Part shown: one piece after another, positions 1 to 5,582 of the stretch | Numbering within the stretch: the stretch's first letter is position 1 | How the letters are laid out: each line of letters starts with the position of its first letter | Assembly: GCA_018985225.1 (NCBI GenBank) | Contig: JADGIF010000643.1 | Coordinates: 1-5,582, forward strand | Origin: Amoeboradix gromovi X-113 | Lineage: Eukaryota > Fungi > Sanchytriomycota | Direction: 5' to 3' | DNA: 5,582 bases | Program-made: the position numbers and the translations under genes | The notes under the pieces: generated by a model | The model's input: the letters and a program-made list of their open reading frames with translations, nothing else | What the model was told of the DNA's origin: nothing | Database searches by the model: none

Positions 1-84
1 CAATCAATGAAAGAAGATTAGTATAATAGAAGATCTTTTATTAATGATAGCATTTCCTCAGTATGGTGCACCTTTAAAAACGAG

Positions 85-1042
85 TTAGTCTAGTTTTTGT
101 ATTTTGTGTCCCATTATAAATGAAGTTCGAGCCGAGTTGTTTAAGTTTTCAAACTCCGCATCTTCGACTAGCTTTTGAGATCCTAATAAATCACCAAATA
201 TATTAATTCCGGACTCCTTTTCATTTACAGTATTAATCATCTTGTTGTAGAATTGAATTTGCTCGATACTCCAATTTGAAACTTCATAGCCAGAATCTGA
301 GTTTTGATGATTTTTTGAAAATTCTAAATGAAAGACAAGTACTTTTATAATGACGCCTGTTTTCTGCTGCCTTTTCAGATAGTATTCTCGATTTTTCATC
401 AAGTTCGGCTGCTTTCCCACCCATAAAAAATGCGTTAACAATTCTGCGCTCATCTTCCTCAACAGGTTTTGAGTTCAAATAATTTAATAAAGGCAACGCT
501 CTGATAAGCTCTTTCCTAAAATACCTTGCCTTATTGTGAAATGGGTTTTGCTCAGTATTGACGACCCTCAATTCTAAATTAGACAGAATCATCACTACCC
601 CATCATCCTTTATCTGATTATTTGAAATATCCAACAAACATAATTTCTTTAAACCGCGTAAGTTCTTTAGCTTATCTGATTCCGAAATCAGGTTTTTAGA
701 AATGTATAGGGTTTCCAAATTCTCCGGCAATCCATTATTAATTTCTTGTATCATATTGTTACTCAGGTTTAGCTCCACCAAATTAATCAGCCCATCTAGC
801 CCATTTATATTCATTATGGCATTCTTCTGCAGATATAAGCATGTGACGCTCAGCATCATATGTGATACTTCCACTAATTGATTTCCTTGCAGCCAGATAC
901 AAGATGGGTTATATCCTTTCATTTCACACAATGAAGACAGCCCAGAATAGTGTAGATATAGAACATTGTTTAGTTCAGCTGTCTTGTATCCCCCATGTAA
1001 CTTACAAGATTTTGTGATGTCAAACAAAGTTAATTTTGTCAT
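85..1042 (-). CDS. DNAAF1: Dynein axonemal assembly factor 1 (LRRC50/ODA7) homologue; join(complement 343..1042, 85..323), 312 aa
   Basis: The N-terminus CKLHGGYKTAELNNVLYLHYSG resembles the DNAAF1 motif CKxxxxYxTPxLNDxLYLHxKG. It is followed by SDS22-like LRRs (WLQGN, LYLQKN, LNLSNN, LDISNN) and a DNAAF1-like cap (NPF...YFRKELIRALPLLNYLNSKPVEEDERR...AFFMGGKAAE). Removing 324..342 joins the 284..1042 and 85..462 ORFs in frame (RRHYK-K-FSKNHQ). Family call is from recalled motifs, not a search. Confidence 0.88.
324..342 (-). other. 19-nt spliceosomal intron, phase 1 (GTACTTGTCTTTCATTTAG)
   Basis: GT..AG ends with TTCAT placing an A at position 14. Removal links two overlapping ORFs in different frames and extends the CDS to the TAA at 85..87. 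Confidence 0.75.
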
Positions 1043-1068
1043 GGCCTAAATTTCATGAAATCATAAAA

Positions 1069-3001
1069 TTATTTACTGCGTATCAATCTTTCATAAAATC
1101 CTTTTTTATTTATCAGCTCTGCATGTGTACCCTGTTCTACAATCTTTCCGTCATTTAAGACTGCTATATTGTCTGCATTCTGAATAGTACTTAGCCGATG
1201 CGCTATAATCAGTACAGTCTTATCCTTCATCAATTTCTCTAAAGATTCCTGAACCAAAGATTCCGATTTATTGTCCAGCGCACTTGTTGCCTCATCTAGT
1301 ATCAATATCTTTGGATTTTTAAGCAACGTTCTAGCAATTGCAATTCTCTGTTTTTGTCCTTCGTTAGAGCAAAATACCTCCACTTAGTGTAGCTCCACGC
1401 TCGCCTACCCTGGTGTTATATCCATTTTGGAAACTAGAAATAAAATCATGAGCATTTGCCATTCTCGCCGCTTCTATCACCTCCGCCATTGTTGCATTAG
1501 TATTCCCATATTTAATGTTTTCCAATATTGTAGTGGCAAAAAGAACTGGGTCTTGAGTTATATAGCCAATGTTTGCTCTTAAAGATTTCGTACTTAGATC
1601 GTTAATATCAAACCCATCAATTGTTACGATTCCTTCTTGAGGAATGTAAAATTTCTCTAATAAGCTGGCAACAGTTGATTTGCCGCCTCCAGAAGAGCCG
1701 CACAATGCCAAAGTTTTACCATTTGGTATTTCCAAGCTAACTTTATCCAAAACTAATTGGTTTCGATTCTCATATTTAAAAGATACATTTTTAAGCTCGA
1801 TGTGGCCTTTGATTTCACTTAACATGTTTTTGGGATTATAATTGTAGTTCTCTAGATTCATATAATAATATATTCGATCTATACATGCCATGGCTTGTTT
1901 GCTCTTGGCAAATAGTTCTCCAAGATTAATAAAGCTTTTTTGAGCAGCTTCTACTGACAGCATATATGTCATTAAATCACCTGCCTCCATTTCATTCCGA
2001 GAAACCTTTATACCACCGTAATACAAAATACTCAAAACCATCCATCCAACTGAATTAGATACCATAGCCTGAAATATACCCACATGGACACCGAGTAGTA
2101 TGTTTGCATTCTTTGCTGTCAGACAGGATCTGCTGTACATTTCCTTTTCCTTTTCCTCGGCCGTAAATGCTTTAACAGTCTTCATGTTGCTTAGAGCCTC
2201 GTTTGCGGTTACCGTCGCAAAAGCTTCTGAATCTTTAGAATCTCTAGAGAGCCTTCTGAGAAAAGAAGCGTACATGTTCCCAAAAACTAGCAAAACCGGT
2301 GTGAATCCTAACATCATTCCAGTCAAATGTGAAGATATTTGAAACAGTCTGATAGTAATACCGGTAAGTTCTAAAGTGGATTTTATACCTTTTCCGCATA
2401 TCTGTTTAATTGTGTGCTTAAGGTCTTGAGTGTCTGCTCCTAGCCTGTTAGTTAAGTCGCTGATTTGAGTTTTATCAAAAAAATTGAGTTCTTTATATAT
2501 CAAGTTGTCAAACAATCTGTTTCTGGTATTAAAGGCAACGCGTTCACCCAGTAAGTTAACCAGACCAATAGAAAAAGCGGTATTGCAGCCCTTTAAAAGA
2601 TGAAATGCCCCTAATGACAAGGCTATATTTCTGAGTGGGACTAATGATGAGCCTTGCAATGATTTTGCGATAGTGTTAACCAAGTCACCAGTAACTTGAG
2701 GTATTTTTAGAGATATATATGCGGAACCGCAACCTAAAGCTATAACAGCTAAAGTCAGTGGCCATTCCTCTAGAAGCAGTGCACTGGCGCTAAGCGGTAC
2801 CTCTTTTATAGATCTAATGTAATAATAGCAGGAGGTGTTTATGGGTATGGACGAAACTTCCTTCCTTTTACACCGTGCGATCCAACGACCTAACGTCATG
2901 GTCTCACAGTTGAAAATGCGAGACGTTTCGGCTCTGTTATGCGACTGCTCGAGGTAGTCTCTTACGGCAGTCTCTTTGTAGTCCTCAGACCGATGTGGCA
3001 T
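1069..3001 (-). CDS. ABCB-family half transporter, mitochondrial ABCB8/ABCB10/MDL1 type; join(complement 1378..3001, 1069..1358), 637 aa as read, true 5' end uncertain
   Basis: ABC membrane domain ([34 protein letters not shown]). Walker [10 protein letters not shown]-loop TQDPVLF, signature LSGGQ (restored only after splicing), Walker B/D-loop [13 protein letters not shown]-loop IAHRLST. Transporter similarity starts near 2780; the first ~48 aa look transposase-derived. Confidence 0.92.
1359..1377 (-). other. 19-nt spliceosomal intron, phase 1 (GTATTTTGCTCTAACGAAG)
   Basis: GT..AG ends with a canonical CTAAC branch motif and an in-frame TAA. Removal gives ACA CTA AGT GGA G|GA CAA AAA CAG AGA = TLSGGQKQR, the exact ABCB signature. 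Confidence 0.95.
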
Positions 3002-3051
3002 TTTCTTTAAGACGGAGAAAAAAAAATAACATCTTAAATGCCAAACGGTTT
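2858..3051 (-). mobile_element. 5' remnant of an IS630/Tc1-like DNA transposon (putative left end plus transposase N-terminal HTH)
   Basis: [45 protein letters not shown] resembles transposase N-terminal HTHs (SxDxKxxAVxxY...xxIFxxxxxTLxRWxxR). 2881..3000 is 61/120 GC by hand count, higher than the flanks. Upstream TA|AAACCGTTTGGCATTTAAGATG (TA at 3053-3052) looks like a TA-flanked terminus. No partner TIR seen. Confidence 0.62.
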
Positions 3052-3515
3052 TAACTATTTTCTCTGCAATTTAAAATAAAATCTCCAAGGTGTTTTTCCA
3101 ATCTATACTCCTTTATTGGATAATTTTAGACCAAAAATGCCCAGCCATTATGGTAAACTAATCAAGGTCCAGCGAATGATGCACTATAATACCTTGTAGA
3201 AAGTTTTGTTCTTTAGCTTAGTTTTCAGTACAAATAGAGCGCACATGAAATTACTGGTCTTAAGCGAACCTCTTTTTGCTCAAGATACTTATTAAACGAT
3301 GTTGAACTTTGCCAGTCGTACTGCAGGGATCTTATGAATAAACTTAAAGTATTTATATAGAAATACCCAGAAAGTGCGAATGACCGCAAGGGATTAAAAC
3401 CTCAGCAATCAGGCAAGTTCGCCTTTCAAGGTATGATATCAATATCAAAGGAGCGGGGTCTCAATGGACCTTGAGCAATCGTTTTAATTGAAGAACATCT
3501 TTGTCACTCTCTTTT

Positions 3516-3584
3516 TAGCGAACCAAGTCGCAAGACCATCAATAAATGAGAACGCGTCCAAAATAGTAGAGATGGTTCTGAAAT
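3516..3584 (+). repeat. Direct repeat copy 1 of the LRR-gene promoter/start region
   Basis: TAGCGAACCAAGTCGCAAGACCATC (3516..3540) matches 4164..4188 at 22/25. GATGGTTCTGAAAT matches 4219..4232 at 13/14 at the same 648-bp offset. A CGCGT lies between the blocks in both copies. Confidence 0.85.
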
Positions 3585-3818
3585 CAGTATCGCTAAGTAT
3601 GCCACCAATATCCAGCACCACGATTAGTACTTGTAGCTACAAATTCAATTAGTTTTCTTAACCTCTGTAACAACATATTTGTGAGCCAGAATCAGCAATT
3701 TGTAAGGCATCTAACATGTCACCATATTACAAACTATACGTGGCACCATGGGAATGAGCTGTTGCTAAGTTGCAGTTTTCTGTATATGAGTGTTTGTCAT
3801 CTCAGTACAAGAAGTTGA
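3572..3818 (+). pseudogene. Decayed LRR-gene paralogue or cryptic 75-aa spliced ORF, join(3572..3596,3616..3818)
   Basis: Starts MVLK like the LRR gene at 4220. A 19-nt GT..AG (3597..3615) links it to an open frame containing the LRR-like ISFLNLCNNIF. No further recognisable similarity. Confidence 0.3.
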
Positions 3819-4163
3819 CAAATCGACTTGATGAATTTCCGCTAGTACATACTAGCAAAAGTGACTGCAATTGTTATAAATTAAGAGAAAGATGGATCTC
3901 ATCGCTGCATTTCATATAGAAATATTTACTAAGCCTTTGAGTCGTCCAAATCCGCGCTGTTCAGTGATCCAAGTGAACAGGATGCGGTGTGATAGGTTAA
4001 TAAATTTCAAACTGATATACCTTGTTAGAATTTTGCCATATTAATTCTTTAAGAAATCAATTGTAGACCGCTCCATGATTTGTAAGTAAGAATACATGTG
4101 TGAAGGTGTCTATTCGCTGTATTTTAATCGCTCAACGTTCCAGATTATCTTGAGCCACCTTAC

Positions 4164-4232
4164 TAGCGAATCAGGTCGCAAGACAATCTATAGGTAAAGA
4201 GCGCGTTCAAATGGCTAAGATGGTTTTGAAAT
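4164..4232 (+). promoter_or_regulatory. Direct repeat copy 2: putative promoter with GCGA-N6-TCGC dyad and start codon of the LRR gene
   Basis: Lies immediately upstream of the LRR CDS and is conserved with 3516..3584. The dyad arms are identical in both copies while the spacer differs. Confidence 0.5.
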
Positions 4233-5582
4233 TGTCGATGCTTCACATCTTGGGAGTGCTGGTCTACACCGTATCTGTGGACTGTCCAGACGTGATCAAT
4301 CTTTCTGAAGGACTGAATTTGGGTCTTACCAACCCTAGACTAATGAAATCACTTCGGGTAGACTGCTGCAACGGCTATGAAATAGGCTGCATATCTGGTC
4401 GTGTAGACTATGTAGACTTTTTTGGGTCAAGGCTTACAGGGGTTATAAACATGACAGCGCTTCCCAGAATGATGACATATCTTGACCTCAGTTACAACAA
4501 AATAAGTGGGATCATCCAAGGATATTTGCCTTCGACTTTAACAATGGTATACATCAACAACAACATGATCACAGGTGCATTGCCTGATGTCTCTTCCTCC
4601 AATTTAGATTACTTTCATGTCGAAAACAACTACCAAACACACTCGAATACTTTTATATGACTTATAACACGATCTCAGGGTGCATACCTGACAACCTGCC
4701 ATCTAGCTTGTACAGATTTGAAGCCAGTTACAACCTGTTAGGCTGCCCCATCCCGGAAACCCTGCCATCTATCGGAAATATGAACGTTATGTCAAACAGA
4801 CTAAATGGTACAGTCCCTGCCACTCTTCCTGCAAGTCTTTATTCTTTAAGTCTTGGTTGGAATGACATATCAGGAGAGTTTCCTTATGTGCAAACAACTA
4901 TCACCTTTGTTGAGCTGCAGTCAACTCGTATAAATGGAACTCTTCACTTAAAAGCAGTGAGTGGATTGTACATAAGTAGTACAGATATATCAACTGTTGT
5001 GATCGACGATCCATCTTTGATGTACTGCGACATGAGGAATACTAACATTACTAACCCTGTTAATGATCCTACCCTAGTTATATGCGACAGATCTACTACG
5101 CTACAAGCCACAATATCGGATTGCGATGACGTAGTCAACCTTGCTTACGGTCTAAACCTCCACATCTCAAGCCCTCTTTTAATGCAAGAGATTGAGTACA
5201 ACTGCTGCTCACTAACTTACACAAATTACGTAAAATGCAATACAACAAATGTGATAGAAATCCACTTTAACAGTATGAATCTTGATGGTACTATAAACGG
5301 TACAGCGATTCCAAGATCACTCCAAAGGTTGTATTTGCCTTACAATTCGATTTATGGACCAATACCAGACGATTTACCTGATAGTTTGATCTATATTCAG
5401 CTAGAGTACAATCAGCTAAGCGGAATTATACCTCGAAGCCTTCCTCTTAGTCTAGATACAGTTTACCTCAACGATAACTGGTTGAGTGGATCAGTCCCCG
5501 ATTCCTTGCCGACCAGCTTGAAACGAATAAGAGCCCAGAACAATTACTTGACAGGCAGCGTTCCAAGCTCTCTTCCTCCCAC
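4211..5582 (+). pseudogene. Secreted/surface leucine-rich-repeat protein gene with repeated Cys-cap + LRR modules; frameshifted near 4630; 3' partial
   Basis: Hydrophobic leader (MVLKLSMLHILGVLVYTVSV), Cys cap DCPDVINLSEGLNL...DCC...C, and ~22-aa repeats LPxxLxxLxLxxNxLSGxIPxx. After ...FHVENN the repeats continue in another frame from 4630 (LPNTLEYFYMTYNTISGCIPDNLPSSL...), open to the window end and missing from the ORF track. A second cap DCDDVVNLAYGLNL starts at 5119. Confidence 0.85.

Noticed and set aside
1-84. Possible 3' end of a convergent plus-strand gene (INERRLV-stop)
   Set aside because: Too short to support.
85-462. Independent 125-aa ORF
   Set aside because: Its 5' part is an alternative frame of DNAAF1, and 85..323 is best explained as DNAAF1 exon 2.
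1069-1383. Separate 104-aa gene with GTG start, or a bacterial-style split ABC
   Set aside because: It is exon 2 of the ABC transporter.
2100-2342. 80-aa plus-strand ORF
   Set aside because: Antisense shadow of the ABC membrane domain with no recognisable motif.
4589-4607. 19-nt GT..AG (GTCTCTTCCTCCAATTTAG) just before the LRR frameshift
   Set aside because: Splicing enters the third frame and soon hits TAA, so it does not rescue the gene. The sequence encodes VSSSNL, which fits the repeat. It shows that 19-nt GT..AG can occur by chance.
4621-4660. Programmed -1 frameshift, or ATGA stop-start coupling at 4657..4660
   Set aside because: No X XXY YYZ slippery site, and the missing repeat residues point to a deletion.
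4944-5138. 64-aa minus-strand ORF
   Set aside because: Antisense to the open LRR frame.
85-5582. Alternative genetic code (TAA/TAG read as Gln)
   Set aside because: Long CDSs have no internal TAR codons, and the ABC gene ends at TAA where the family normally ends.

Overview
Compact eukaryotic nuclear DNA (standard code, TAA stops), probably from a flagellated or once-flagellated lineage. Minus strand: an ABCB8/MDL1-type ABC half-transporter, followed only 26 bp later by a DNAAF1/ODA7/LRRC50 orthologue. Each gene is split into two ORFs in the track, and each is repaired by removing a phase-1 GT-AG intron of exactly 19 nt (1359..1377 and 324..342) with a putative branch A six nt from the 3' end. 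This uniform ultra-short intron system is the main signal. The 5' end of the ABC ORF looks like an IS630/Tc1-like transposase HTH remnant fused in frame. Plus strand: a secreted-type, modular Cys-cap/22-aa-LRR gene with a frameshifting deletion near 4630 that runs off the window end. A diverged copy of its promoter/start region lies 648 bp upstream and precedes a possible third 19-nt intron.
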